Source: Tubiluchus corallicola
Taxonomy: Eukaryota; Animalia; Priapulida
Reading direction: 5' to 3'
DNA: 64,000 nucleotides
Assembly (NCBI GenBank): GCA_030141605.1
Contig: JAQGDQ010000147.1
Span: 310,001 to 374,000, forward strand
Every line of letters begins with the position of its first letter. Positions within the stretch are counted from its first letter, which is position 1. The notes under the pieces are model-generated. The model did no database searches. It was not told the DNA's origin and saw only the letters and a program-made list of their open reading frames with translations. Shown in pieces: positions 1 through 14,802 of the stretch. A program made the position numbers and the translations under genes.

Positions 1-700
1 GACGTGATGTTGTTTATCTTAGCAACTATATAGTCGCAGGTCCTAAAAAGCATTTATGCTCTTTGTATGCTCTAATTACCAAAATATCCATAGATTCTTG
101 CAAAAATCTGCCTAAGAACTTACAATTAAAAAACGATTATTATAAGAACTGTATTTAAATGTGTGCGTAAATGCACTTATATCCAGCAACTTCAACCTCA
201 GTCATACCATAAGTCGCAGTTGCCGATTAAATTCATTTATACCAGATGCAATTCTTGTAGTAATCGCAATATTTTTTCCTTATTGCTGTAGTGACAATGT
301 GTAGTTTGTTTACATTAGCAACTATACGGTAGCACCTGTAGTAAATAACATTAAACCTCTTTGTATGCCGTAGTAATTAAATTATTGATAGAAAACTGTC
401 TGAAATTTGTATTTAGGAAAAAATATTGTGAATCGCCTCTAAAAGAAATGCATACATGAGTTTAACCGGCATCATCAATTTATGACACGGCTGAAGTTGA
501 AGTTGCTAGGTATAACTGCATTTATGCATCTATTTTAGATGCATTTGTTATAATAACTGCGTTTTTCCTAATTGTAAGTTTTTCTACATTTTTTGCAAGA
601 AACTATAGCCATTTTGATAACGAGAGCAAGCAAAGAGCATAAATGGTTTTTAGCAGTTGCCAGTATATAGTCGCCAAGGTAAACAATTATCACATCGTTG
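1..700. repeat. Diverged inverted repeat / foldback- or MITE-like element
   Basis: 1-250 aligns to the reverse complement of ~447-697; a partial direct copy lies at ~285-420. Confidence 0.7.
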
Positions 701-1324
701 CTATAGCAACTTATGCTTCTCCGGTGTGTTAAGATTTGTTGTTAGTTCACAAAAGTAAAAATCTAGATTTCCCAAACTATTTTAAGCCTAACTTTGTTAT
801 CTATGCTGTTGCTAAGAAAAACAGTAGTCATGGCTAGCAAATTATGTCAAACAATTTATATTTATAGCCAAAAACAGTAACCTAGGCTAGGCGGCATTAG
901 ATGTCAAAAGCTAGCAATGATACTGCTGGCTAAAGCTAACCTGTGTGGGACGGTTAAACTTGAGCCGAAATAAGTGCTTCATTTGCATAAGGAGAGATGT
1001 GAGATTTTGATCTCAGGTAAAGGTAGCATTTTTTAATGTAGAACTATAGACCACTGAGAAAATTACAGAGGTATTGTGCCCTCTAAAAAGTGCTAAGATG
1101 ATTGTCTGGCTCATGACATGAGGTAGAGCCGTAAATATAAATGCAGCTTTGTAGTTTGTGATAAATTGCGGACGACTATAGACAATTGGTGACATTCCTA
1201 AAAGAATAATGACTTTTTCCGTTTACGTCTCACCAAGGAATTCGAATTGAATTCCACAAAGCTAGACGTATATATTGAATTACCTCTGCCCAGAAAAGTT
1301 CTATCAATGTCCATTGTGTGTGTG

Positions 1325-1475
1325 AAGATCACCTCACCATATTCACCTCAGCTCACCTTCCCTCACTTCATTTCACATTACCTTACTTCACTTTACTTCA
1401 TGTCACCTCATCTTACCTCGCCTCTCATCATCTCGCCTCACCTCACCTCACATCACCTCACCTCACCTCACTTCT
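1325..1475 (+). repeat. (CACCT)n degenerate pentanucleotide repeat
   Basis: direct reading. Confidence 0.9.
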
Positions 1476-2854
1476 TGTAAGATTATGAAATAGTTCAAAA
1501 AATTGTTTTTGATATCGAAGTCCTATAAGAATCGCATTTCAGGTTCAGATAAATTTATTTATCATTTGTAATACACGAAAAATCAAGTACATAGCAAAAT
1601 AAGTTATTAGTAGTCAGAGAAAGGGTGGCGAAAAAACCCTAGAGGTTAGCAAATCAGCAACGCTTTTTAGTTAAAGCTAGTACAAGAAAATCTAACGACG
1701 GACTTAAGCTGGGATAAAGAGACTGTTTCTGGTTTGTAATGGTTTAAAATAAGGTTATATGATAATACAAGAGACAAACCTGCACTAAAAAATAAAAACT
1801 GATATTGAAAAAACTGTGTAAAGTGTTAAATGCAAGTATGCAGTGTCTTTATTATAAGAACTTCCGTATCGGTCTGTCTGAGGCTACTGATTATACACGG
1901 TTTAAGAAAACTCAAGATTACATAAAATACCAAGTTAGTATCAGTAACATTTTCCTTGTGTGTTGTATTATATTCTGATATTCGGATTTTCTACAGCAAA
2001 TGAGGATAAGTAGCCAATTTGTAATAAAGCTTTTATTGTGTTCATCCAGGTCATAATGAAGTGCTGTGCTTTTATTGTGATACTGCACATTTTAATCAAA
2101 AACCTTTCTACGCCGAAACAGCCGTAAGCGAAGCCGTAAAATCTGTTTCTAAGAAAATTGCTCTAAAACAGCGACAGATCAATTGATTTTCTGTCTTAAT
2201 CTTATGTGGCTAAGCTGTTGGTATATATTATAAAGGCTTAATAGCCGGGCATCCAAACTGCATGAGTTAAGTGCTTCTATTACAGAAGCATTTCAGTTAA
2301 TTTTGTCACAAGAGGCAGGCGAGTACACACATGTGGGCAATTACAAAACTGGACTGAGGATTTTAATAACACAAGACTGAAACTAGGATTGAATATGACG
2401 ATAACTGATAATAATAATTAATTAGTGAATAACTGAGTGAATGTGATTCGGTGCGTCAGCACTTTTAGCTACAAACTGAAAATGCTAAGGAGAAATGAAA
2501 ATTCCTTCAATGGCAGTAGTGGGAATGAAAAATAAGCTGCATTTTGAAAAAGACAACTTAAAAAATAAAACTGACCTCAGATTTCAAGGTATCTCCAAGT
2601 CAAAGAAATTGAGGGAATAATTGTGTTTGAAATGTTTACACCGTAATCAATTGGGCTTACATTAACAAGATCACGACAACGACGATGACAACAACAACAA
2701 CAACAACAGGATTAGTAGGTACATCGCTTAACCGTTCTATAATTTAACAATTCCTCTTCTTCTTTCTCCTCTTCTTCTTCCGGTTCTTTCTCTATTTCTT
2801 ATTAGTTTGTAAATGTTAATCTCATCTTCATCCGCTTTCTCCTCCTCCTTATGA

Positions 2855-2909
2855 TCGTGATCATCGCTGTCGCATCATCATCGTTGTCATCGACTCGCCA
2901 TCAACATCG

Positions 2910-2959
<50 letters not shown>

Positions 2960-2992
2960 GTCGTCATCATCGTCATCGTCATCGTCATCGTT
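2855..2992 (+). repeat. (CAT/CGT)n microsatellite
   Basis: direct reading. Confidence 0.95.
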
Positions 2993-5002
2993 ACCGATTT
3001 CAACGACATTGGCGTCTAATGCTGTTAGGGTGATCATCATATTGTAGTGACCTAAAAGTGTCATTTTTTTACAATGAATACTTACCTATCCCATGTGCCC
3101 TTGTTGTTTTCTTCGATATTTATAACTTGAAGGCAAGATGTTGTGTGTTCAGATTACAATAAATCATCTTATCCGTGTTAAAGTCACCGTTTTCGAATAA
3201 ATCACGAAACGGCATAATTAGTATATATATATATATATATACATGTATTATGTATGCACTACATTTATTGAGGGCTTGAGAAAACAATGTTTAAGTCACA
3301 ACTTTTCTGTCAAAATTTGTTTCCTTTGCTTGGCCTTGCTGTATTTCAGTTATTACAACACGTGAAGCCAACGTATTACACTGTCACAAAGTAGCATTGA
3401 GACCAGATGGTTATGTTCAGTGCCTTTCTGCTGTTTAAAGGCACTGCGCAAATACGGATTGCGCAAACTCGTTGATTTAACCTGTGCCAAATTAGGCACG
3501 CATAGACAGCTTAGAATAATACAGGCAAGTCGCAATGCTGAACACTAAATGTTATTTCGTTCACTCACAAGTGCCAATTACCGAAATCTAGCAAATTTAA
3601 GAAGAGTGAAATTTGGCTTGCAAAACTTCCCAATTTCTATAGTTTGTTGTGCTTGTTGGCTATAATGTGATCAGCTGCAAATAAATAAACAAAAAGAAAC
3701 TATAAAGACACTTTGTTCTTGGGACTGCAAGCATGGAACAGTTGCTGCAGATTCAATTGTCAAGAGTCAATACTGTTGCATTAAACTCATGAAATGGCTT
3801 CAACACATCAACTCATTATTCTGGTGTTTAGGTTGATAGGTTTTGTCTATCCTATATTGTGCTTCTCAGAGTCGTCTAAGAGTCGAGTTGATTTGTTAAT
3901 AGTTTTGCAGATACGCCTAACCCGGGTGGTTTTTCTGATTAAGTGCTATGTTTTTGCAATAGCTTTTGTACAATAGCAGTTGTGTAATAGCCTTTGCCGA
4001 AAAAGCATTCGCCTATAAAATAATTTATCGATTGAAAACAGACAGTCATTTCTTTCTCCATTTGCTTTTAGAATGAGGAGTTCGTACGTACTAAATCAGT
4101 ATGCCCCAATTTAAATAATGATAGAAGGAAACAGATTTCAACAAATAGATTCATTGCCAATTTTGCACAACTAAAAAGGTGATTTGTTTTCCAGGAATAT
4201 TATTGATAACCGTTCATATAGCTGTAACAGTTCGATCGAGAGTCCCTACCATTATGTTTTGATTTTTTGAGTCCTAAAACTATGACGGACACAGAACATT
4301 ATTATTGGATTAGCTCTGTTATTACCAGCGTATATTATTATAGCTCACATAACCCAAGAATTACACGCCACCCCTAAACCTGCTATTATATACAATGACA
4401 TGTTTCATAAACTCGGATCAGGTCATCCATCCAGTGGCATTCTCCTCAAATTGTTACTATGCTACATAAAGTCCGCTAAACGTTACGCTGAATTGTGTAT
4501 GTGTAATTTTATTTTGAGTTACTTTGCAAACTTTGCGTGCGTTTTCAATCAACTATCTCTTATTAAACAATTTATATTTGGAATCAACTGTATGGATTGC
4601 TGTACATTGGGATTGTTTCCACGATTTTATTAGTTCTACAGGTATTGGGTTTTGGAATTGAGTATCGTTTATTGAACAACTTATGCTTTTGTATGGACTT
4701 ATGGCGTGATGTACATTGAGGAATATATTGTCTCTGTTATCGTGTCTGTTATATTGGGTTTTATAGATTTTAATTAGTCAATTAACGAACAACATGTATT
4801 TTTGAATTAATATCAAAATGTTATGGATGATGTACCATTCAATTAACTATTTGTGTAATTATATTCTAGAACTAATTGTATGCTTAATTGTATATATCTG
4901 CCCGCAACTAAAATGTACCACATTTTTCCTCCACTGCATGTAGTGTAAATACTGTTATCAGCTATACTGTGTCGTAAATCCACTTAAAATAAATAAATAA
5001 AT

Positions 5003-5105
5003 ATGTATATATATATATGTGTGTGTGTGTGTGCGTGCGTGCGTGCGTGTGTGTGTGTGTGTGTGTGCGTGTGTGCGTGCGTGCGTACGTGTGTGTGTGT
5101 GTGTG
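5003..5105 (+). repeat. (TA)/(GT)/(GCGT) compound microsatellite
   Basis: direct reading. Confidence 0.95.
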
Positions 5106-7840
5106 AAGTTCAGTTTTGAATATTACATATTTATAATAATATTTTAATGTGAAGATGATTATCAAAATTATGCTCCTATATAACACGGTATGTGAAAACG
5201 ACATTTAAGAATTGTGTTTGTGTAACAGCATGTTGATAAAAATAACGTTTAAGCATGCTGGAGTAATACAATCATGATGAAAATGACGTTATGAGTTATA
5301 TTTTTACATTTGTTTAAGGATGTAAATGTGGTAATTAGAGTATACAACATGGTTTCGTGAAATAATGAAAACGTGAACTCACTTGTTAAAACGTAAATAA
5401 ATAAGTAAACGTTACACGGACATTTTAGTGTTATTTCACCTTTCATTAGCACATAGAAATAAGAGCAATGAGTTGATTTGATTTTGGCATTTCAGTAGTT
5501 CGCCATCTGACAAAACCAGTCATTAATGGTTGCGATCTAGCATGATCCATTAGTTTGATTGCTCGTTTCGATCTTCATAAAAAGACAGGATGAAATATAA
5601 TTTACAGAATTAGTTAATGCAAGTGCAACGTAATTGCTAATTTTGGCCAGTTGGGTTACTCAGATTTATTATTATTATAATTTCGCCAGTTTAGTTGCCT
5701 CAAAACTAAAACAAGTGGCAGCCCACATTCAAGGCCCTTGAGTACAATAATCATGGAATACTTACAATAACTGAGTACGTTTATTATAGAATGACTCGAA
5801 GTCTTAAGCAATTGAGGAACTGTTCCTGACGTCCAAGAATTTTCCTATGATAATCAAAATTCACCTCCAAAAATGACTACTTTTATGCCGCAGGTTGCTT
5901 AAGTAAACACGAGCTAGGAAACTCCTCATTCAGTAGGAGTTCATTTTGCACAGTTGCTCGGCAGAATTCATCACATAAAATGGAGCAACGCTGTTCTGAG
6001 AAACGCTGCAGCTTTGAACGTAATCCCCTGCCGATTTATGGCGTTATAATGCGGCATTTATAAAACACGATTAATGTTATTCAACGCTTCGCAAGCGCAA
6101 AGCAACTACTGGAACTTTATATCACGCAAATAAACGTAAAACGTATTGGGTATGACGAAAAATCGACAGTGGCAGCGAGGCGAATAAACAACGAGGGATT
6201 TACGTGTGCAGAACAAGCTAATTTGTTCTAGTCTAGGTTTGTAAACGGGATGTCTTTGTAAGCCATTTATTAAAAATGTTTCTTGAGTGCTGACACCTAC
6301 ATTGTTCACAAATGGCTTCTAATACACACTCTATTTACCATCATTTTTCATCCGTTTTTTCTGTCAAAAAGTTTCTACATTTGTCAAATTGGTTTTTAAG
6401 GTTTAAGATTTAGTTTTCGAAAATTTTTATACAAACACAAAAACATTGCTGTAAGTTTATAAATTTATTTTGCCATTGTGGTCGTTCCTGTCATGTCACG
6501 GATCAGTGGCGAGTTTCATGCGGCCAGATTTTGGACAACCCAGTTGACGAGAATGTAAAATTTTGAAAACCCACTAATTGTCTAGGCTTCACATCCTAGC
6601 CGTGTAATTGCCTGTCAGCGTGTGTTAGTAAGTTGTAAGTACAAGTATACCTATAAAGAAAAATAAGTAATTATTGTTATACACTGGGAATAGGAAATAG
6701 TTGGAACTTGGAATGGTGTTTCTCTTTTATTTCCAGACAAAATTCAAGTTGGACTAGTTAAAATTGTTACTGAAAATCGATATTAAGGCGAGCATGTTAG
6801 TGTAATGAAGATTTCTAGCAGTTGTTCAATTCTTAGCTAATTTTTATGTAGTTCTGCAGTTCTGTGTCCATTACTAGTTTTTCCATTGCTAACTGGTCAG
6901 TCAATATCCGTTTTCAGTAAAAAGAAGCCATGACCTTTTTTGTTGCTTCACATCGCTGTCTTCCTTTTCTGCAATCAGTGCAAGACTAATTTCATTTTTG
7001 CTTAAGAGATCCCAACTTAATATTATTACATCTCTCTAGTTCAGTGTCCATTTGAGGTTCTATTAAGTATACCGAGTAACCTTGATTGCCGTACTTATAG
7101 TTACAAAAGGTTCTTAATCCTCTAGTATTTCCTGTGAAGTATCTTTTTTCCATACAATTTTCCTCCTGAAGTTCCTGAACATTTTTTCAGTGATGTATTA
7201 ATTGTGGTTTGAGAAAGGTCGGCACGAATGAACTCCAGAGCACTCAGATAATATTCAACATTTATAGGATAATTACTATGCATACAATACACCACAGTAA
7301 CAAAACAATAATGCAAGATAAATACAATAATTTAAAGAAAAGATAGAATATCAAACCTTGATGTAAAGGCGCAATGGAACAACGAAAGCATAGTTTAGGA
7401 TTTTTAATTTAATGGGTAAAAACTTATTACAGGAGCACACAGTCATCACAGTTAAAATACTCAGAAAATTATTTGTACATCCATTTGGCTTTTTTTTGTT
7501 GAGTATTCGGCTTTGCTGTATATATCTTTTACAATGAGAAACATTTTGCTGTTTATGCTGTGTTTTGCTAATTTGTTCAATAACCACTTCGCCAAACGCT
7601 GTCCAATGTACGTTTAATGTCGAAGAAACATGTATATAGTTGACCTTTATCTGCTTTAACTTGTTCACCGACTGTTGTTTTTATGTTACTAAATTACGTT
7701 TCTTTTCTCCATTTCTCTAAGTGTTCGCGTAGTCGTTCATTGAGAATTTTTGTAAAAGTTTACTTAGACAGCTTGCGCTAGTAATGCCTCGAAAATTTTC
7801 TGGGTCTTTTTATTTCCACTTTGATTATTCGGTAATATTA

Positions 7841-8061
<221 letters not shown>

Positions 8062-8429
8062 CGTTAGGGCTACGTTTGTTTCTGGGTGTACATTAGATTT
8101 TTTTTAGTATTCCAGGACACGACGAAATTTATTGACATGTACTTGAGATAGAATTACATGCTTCAGAGATATTCTCTTGTGATATGTTATAAATTTCGCT
8201 AAAAATTTTTCAATCTTTAAAGCGTGACGATTTAAAGCGCTATTAATAGCGGTATGCGGTTTTGGTTTCAATTTTGGGGGTAGGCCTAAATAACGTAGAT
8301 CAAATTCGCTGTTTTGAAAAGTCGAAATTTCATCGAAAACGCTCGCTATGCAGATTTAAATTTTACAATGATCGGGAAAAAGAGTTTTATCACTTACTTT
8401 ATAATATACAACGTTATGATTTTAATGGT

Positions 8430-9050
8430 CCAGTGTCAGTTACACACTAATCAATTAGTGATGTATCACTGAGATAAGAACAGGTAAAGCTACCCGACAA
8501 ATCGCCTAAATAACGGCCATCTAAAATTGTGAGTTTTAACTTTTATATATTTGCAATAGTTTTTTACCGTAATTATTGGGCGGATGCTTTTCTTGTGAGA
8601 TTCTGGTGTGTAAAAAATTGTCGTATTATTAGGGGAATTGGGACGTAAATATCATAATCGTCGCTAAAATAATTAATCTCGTTTGCTGTTCTAGAGTTTA
8701 GGTCACAGACTACAATTTTGGGTACAATTTTTCCCAATTTAGTATATTTTATCACTTCTTTTTCTAAGGTAATTTTTACGTCCAATGCATTGCTCACTCA
8801 AAATGCGAAAGATGATCCTCTGGTGAAATGTATGTTGTGTACAGATAGATATCCTCTGCTAGATTGCAAAACTTATGAGTTCTTAGTTCTGTAAGTTATA
8901 AGCAGGTAATTTCTAATTTTATTCTCTTTCTTATTTTATAGTTACGCATATTACTATACATTTCCCAGTCACTTTTTCCATATTCACCAGCAATTTTGCA
9001 AGCAGGTTTACCCAGGCAAAGTTATAATGCCAGTTTACAATTAAGGTTAC
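8430..9050 (-). mobile_element. Decayed non-LTR retrotransposon AP-endonuclease fragment
   Basis: Frameshifted motifs EDIYLYTTYISPE, VCDLNSRTA (GDxNxR) and DGRYLGDLSGSFTC. Confidence 0.75.
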
Positions 9051-9229
9051 TATGCGTTGCAGTCAAACAAATAATGTCATTTTTGTTAATTAAATTTCCA
9101 AACTGTGAAGCCTCACACAAACAACATTTATTGCTTCCTAGTTTTTCGTTTAGGCCGTTTAGATTTCAAGCAGAAATTTTTAATGAAATTCTACTCATTC
9201 ATATCTGGAGTTTCTCTATCTACGTCTAC

Positions 9230-9535
9230 CCATCTATCTTCGTCTGATATACTCGTATAGTGGTTTGATACTTAGATATGAAATTGTTCGATTGTCGGTA
9301 TTTGTGTAATAAATACTCGAATTGTCGATGCTTTCGTAGTGGAATTTTGTCACTTGAGTAGTGACGATTTAGACAACTGACATTACTTTGTATATTGAAC
9401 ACTCGCATAGTTGACACTTGGGTAAAGGATACTAGAATAGTTGTCGTTTAGGCCATGGACACTAGCATGCTACATATCAGCGACCTTCGCCTGTCGAAAC
9501 GACTATCTACACTATCCTACTTAAGTGGCGTTTAT
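9230..9535. repeat. Degenerate ~15-bp periodic repeat (MITE-like)
   Basis: Recurring gacacttgggta / atactcgaattgtcg-type units. Confidence 0.45.
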
Positions 9536-10269
9536 GCAGCCTGTGAATGCGTTATTCTTTTTCCCCTAGCTATTTCCTATTGATTTTTCTCCGCAACTGT
9601 TCCGTATTAGAAAACGCATCCTCATCCGCATCCGCATCCTCACTCTACATAACGCCACTTTAGTTGTTGACTAAGGCGCCGGTTGTTATTAGAAACTTAC
9701 TTTCATCACGAGCAGGAGACGTGTATTGAAAGCAGTTGCTTAAGTTGAACTTAATTGTGAAAGAAGCATCCATTTGCATACTCACGCACCACTTAATCAA
9801 AGTATCTGCACACATCACACATACAGAGATTCACTTACTGATGACCATCGTGTATCATGTTGTCTTTATCGTGTAACCCGTTTTCATCTCTCATTTGTCA
9901 TTATCGGTGATCAAAGTCACGTTCGCTGGGAGGGACGAATTGTCAAATTGTTGCAATATTCGTGTAGAGAATTAGTGGTAAATCCTGAGTTTGCTGTTGA
10001 GTTTGCACATAAAAGTTTTTAATAAATCTTGTGAATATTATGAAAAACAAATCTTTTGTCATTTTTTTCAGCTGCGATTTTAATTGGACACCTAACAAAG
10101 AATTGATTTGAGGTTACGAACGAATAGAGATATTCTTTCCACTAGATATTAAATGGAGATGGCTTTAATCCTCAATGATAGCCAGGTAGTCAGTATAAGC
10201 TAGAAAACAGAAGATTTTTCTCTAATGATTTTAATGTAGTAAAGGTAATAAAATTAACCAAATGAGTAA

Positions 10270-10600
10270 TCAGCTGGACCACTTACGTTGGTGTAGAAAG
10301 TTAAGTTGGTGATACATGGACAGCTAACACCTACGTAGTAGTGAATCTTCAGTAAATTGACACCTGGCCTGGGTAACGGAAACTTGCCTAGTTTACACCT
10401 GAGAAGTGGAAACTTGGGTAAGTGACACTTGGATAGGGGAAAGCTGGATGACTGACAATTTCGTAACGGAAACTTCGATAATTGACACTTGTCTTTTTCT
10501 GTTTCCTATATGTTCATTGCCTCATTGCACAACCTTGCTAACAACTGGCCAAGTGTCCACTTTGTATATTCTGTCCAAGCAAGCAGTAAGTGAAGCAACA
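10270..10600. repeat. Degenerate ~15-bp periodic repeat with inverted copies (MITE-like)
   Basis: gacacttgg/gaaacttgg units, then ccaagtgtcc in the opposite orientation. Confidence 0.55.
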
Positions 10601-13600
10601 GTCTTCCGTCGAAATGTTCTACTGCCAAATGCCGATTCCCAAATTATGATTATCATTTTTTTGCTGCTCACACGATCCTTATTTCTTGAATGCATGTGCA
10701 ATACTGCTGTCTGACGAGTTGTCTTTACTGGTTGACTTTAATAGTCTCTCAGCGATGCTAATGATTCCGTAACGCTCACACATGGTTTGAGAAGGGTAAC
10801 ACGTTAGCGAGAGGCTATTACGCTTTCTAAGTTTTAATAGTAAGTGAACAGTAAACTAAAGTGGTTGCGGTTATCTCTGTGAATTCTCTAATCACCATTT
10901 ATTATAAATGCCTGTGGCTGTTAGCGGTTTAGTGTTTAACTAGAGTTTTTTAGCACTACAAAGCGAGTATTAATTGCATTTTATGATTAACGCGGCGCCT
11001 ACAAAACACTTTTAATCATCATTATTTAAAGAAGATCCTCTGAGTGATGAGACGCTATCTATTTCTTATTCAGACTACAATTCAGGCACAAATTGCGAAG
11101 AATAATTACCAGTATTTATCATATCTTTGCGATAAAAATGCAGCATTAATTAAACTAAACGTTCTGCGAGTCGCTCGTTAGTAAATGGCTTCATTATGGC
11201 TGCGCGTTTAAGTAAAATTACAATAGATAATTGACAAGATTTGCATGTGAAGTGGATTCCATTTCTTTTTGGATCCTTGTGTGACTCAAGTCTCAACCTA
11301 ATGACGAAATTTCCGAAGGAAAGTTCTTGGTATAAGATTTGTTGTGTGTTTTTGTTTTACAATGAGGACTAAAAGGAACAAATGCTTTGAATCGAGTAGG
11401 GAAAGAGTTATGTGCAATAGTGAGAATCGTCAAAAATCAATTGTTAGCTCGCCTTTTGCGAATCACGCAAGCACTATAAATATTGCAAAGGATATCGGTA
11501 AGAGTTTCTAAAAATGTCACGTAATTTGGATTTTTGAGCCCTTATTCTTATGTGCTTATCAGTTTCAAACCACTAACGTGATTAAAATAATAACAATACT
11601 GCTGCTGATGAACAGCGATGATGATGATGATGACAAAGGTGACGATGATGACCACGATGGTCATGATGGCAAAAGTGTTGCTTGTCGTGAGATGCTGATG
11701 CTGAAGTAATGGCGTTAGTTATGGAAGTGAGAAAAGGTGACGAATTGAGGTGATAAGGACAGTGACAGTAATAGCAGTGATTGAGGTGACGTGATTGTTG
11801 TAGCGGTAGCGATGTAGTTTGTGGTATAATAGGATAGACAAGTGGCAATGACATTTCAAATGGCTGATTTTCACTGGTGGTGTGGTGGCAGTAACGATGA
11901 CAGTAACGACTGCCATTACAGAAAAGTATATGATGCAAGGCTTGAAAAACACAGAATTGTATTTTTACATTACTAGTCGTCATCCGTCGTCTCAAATCTT
12001 CATTCAATCACAGGGTACAACCTTGCGTGACTCTTTCCAATTACGCACATACTGAGTCTTCGGCCGCAAATTGATCGAAGTTAATAAAGTTCGAGACGGA
12101 AAGGCACAAATATTCCGCGTTTAATGGATTGGCATCCTTCCTAGCACTGTGTAAGCTGTAACTCATCCTATGATTGAAACAGCACGCTTCAGTATCACAG
12201 CCGGCAAATATTAGCTATCAGTTTCGTGCTTAATTGAATAAGAAATGACCAAAGCCCTGCAAATGGGTGGAATTGTGGACATTTAAAGGCAGATGGGTTT
12301 TTAGGTTTGTTGCGTGCAATATGCGAGCCGTGTGAGGTAATTATTCGTTATAATATCAACTGCATCTGTGAAATTATAACCATTTAGGATCCTAGACAAA
12401 AATGCTAACAAAAATACAATATTTTGCTTTTGAAACGCCACGCATCTCCAAGACCTCCTAACAACTTACGAGTAAGTCCTGGGACAATTCTAACAATAAC
12501 AATAAGAAGCAATAGCAACAATCCCCCCACATCTACAGCGTTCAGGACAACGATTACGCTGGCGTTGGCGACCAAGACTGATAGCAACAACGTCTACCGG
12601 ACGCAACAACAACATGAACAACAATAGTAACAGCAGTAGCGTCAGTGGCAGTACCTAGCGCTAAACGCGTTCGGACGCACAAACTTTCGAAGAAAATCGT
12701 TCATAAGAACTTTAGTGAATCCGGCCACAAAACTTTGCCATTTCTGAATACTACTTTTAATGGACCCCTTTAAAGCGCCAGGTGAAAATTCAGCGCGGCT
12801 GTTTAGGAGTTTCAGAAGCTTTAACATTCGTTGAAACAAAATCAAATTTAATTGCAAGTCAATTATTTCGGGAAAAGGAGGTGGTAAAATTTTAACAAGA
12901 AAATACTTCTATAATGAGTAGCAACTGATAGGCAGTTTATCAAAGCCTTCCAATTATTCAGAAAATCTGCAAGGAGCGAAATCAATAAAACTCGTTCAGG
13001 AAAGCAATTGAACGGTAGCATGAGTTCATTAATTGCTTCTAGAATCCCATCTTCGTTCATTGCGTATTAATTAGCACCCTATACGCCTACACATGCCAGT
13101 GAGCCGTTGTGTGAATCACTTTTGATCGTCAAACACACAAACTTTACTCAAGTCAGTGACACCCTTATTTGAGTCAGTAACAATTTCTCCTCTTTTAACA
13201 CATGACTTCGTACCGTTTTATGCCTCCTTTTTAATACGGAAATGCTTGGGATATTACTAGTGTACCATTTAAGGAGTTTAAATACCGAGTATGCCACTTC
13301 GTGTTGTTTAACGAGGGTCATTAACAATTTGTGGCGTACTACATCGTCTTGGTTTTTTCTCGAAGTTGCTTCTTAACAATATGTTCACAAAAATTGTTCA
13401 CTAGAGCTTTGAAGACAATTTTTCCATTTTTTAACTGACCAATGTTAAATAACCGTGAACCTGGTCAGTAAATGAATGGCGACAGCCAGAAACGAGATGA
13501 ATGTTAAGATTTCCAACAAACTAATAGCCAAGCTACAGCTAGTGAAAAGTCACTTTTGGCGAGCGTTGAGATACCAAATTCGATTCGTTTTCTTGTAATC

Positions 13601-14483
13601 GCTTTTGCCAATTACTTATTACCGCTGGATATCTAATTTCCAGTTACGAAAACTATTGTTACTACATACATACATTATCACCTAGTGAAAGATTCATTTC
13701 AATTATATATATGATGACATCCTAAAATTGAGAGCGCAAGTGACAGAAGAGGGAGAGAGAGAAGAGAGAGGGAGAGAGAGAGAGAGAGATGGTGGAGGCA
13801 AAGAAAAAGCGATGCAAAGAAAACATTAACAAGTCAGTGTAATTTTGCTAGACAAATCTAATCACATTCATAAAAGTTTACACACAGCATCACTAAACTT
13901 ATCGCACGGGATTTGAAAATTCGCAATATAAACGTTATGATTAAAACTGTCTATGACATATGTAGTTATAATTTCAAGGTAATGGAATAATAATAATTAA
14001 GAATAATAATTACAAGATATAAATTGTAAATTCTACAAGCTCCACAAAGCTTCTACAAATTCTACAAATTCCAAAATGCTAAGGCAAATGCTTTCTTTAT
14101 ATTTAATTTGTAATGAACACTTTCGTTATATAGAAGTTACGTATTTTTAAAAATCATATATTAAAAGAGTTGTCATGAGTGTGATTCTGGACTATTAGTA
14201 ATATGTAATATCATGTGCGCATGTGCACAAAGAACTCACCTATCTCTGTTTTTAAGTTTACTACAAAAATGAGCAGTTTTACAGTTTAACCTAGCTTTCG
14301 CATAATTATGCAGCTTTCTCAAGTTTAAACCAGCTTTCTCAAAGCATTTAAAAAATTGTTAAAATTCTTTAAAAACGAATTAAATTAAATAAAAATTACA
14401 GATAGCAGACAATTAAAAGCGTGTTTACAATTGCATGACTATTTACAATTAAGTTCAAGTTCACTATCGAAGCCTATTAAAAG

Positions 14484-14633
14484 CTATAAATGTGTAGAAT
14501 ACTCGAAAACTGGGTTTTCATATTGACCTTGGTAATAATGTCTTGGCTTTTCGTGATTCTCGTAAGTTTCTTTCTCAAAACCATAATTCACCTTTTCTTT
14601 TTGTGAAGAAATTACAGTGCTAACCTGATTTGC
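14484..14633 (-). CDS. SLC5 terminal coding exon 16
   Basis: ttttcag acceptor; ANQVSTV...YENPVFEYSTHL*; ends in a T-x-L PDZ-type motif. Confidence 0.8.
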   Translation of the reverse strand, partial: ANQVSTVISSQKEKVNYGFEKETYENHEKPRHYYQGQYENPVFEYSTHL

Positions 14634-14763
14634 CTGAAAAGGTATTGAGTTTAAGTTTAAACAACGACATCTAGCAAAGTAACTAGATAGGCTAGTTTAG
14701 GTAGATGCATAGTAAAAAAGCAGCAATGTTAATAATTAAAAATCATCATCATCATCCATCACC

Positions 14764-14802
<39 letters not shown>

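Noticed and set aside
1545-2330. Possible LINE 3' remnant (HFIM motif, AATAAA plus short tail on minus)
   Set aside because: Too degenerate to support without a profile search.
2851-3064. Poly-His/poly-Asp ORFs (also 7784-8107, 14705-15097, 18706-19353, 23275-23502, 42329-42623, 47223-47516)
   Set aside because: Translations of microsatellites; several lie inside SLC5 introns.
12643-13100. hAT-like MITE (CAGTGGC start)
   Set aside because: No convincing matching TIR or 8-bp TSD.
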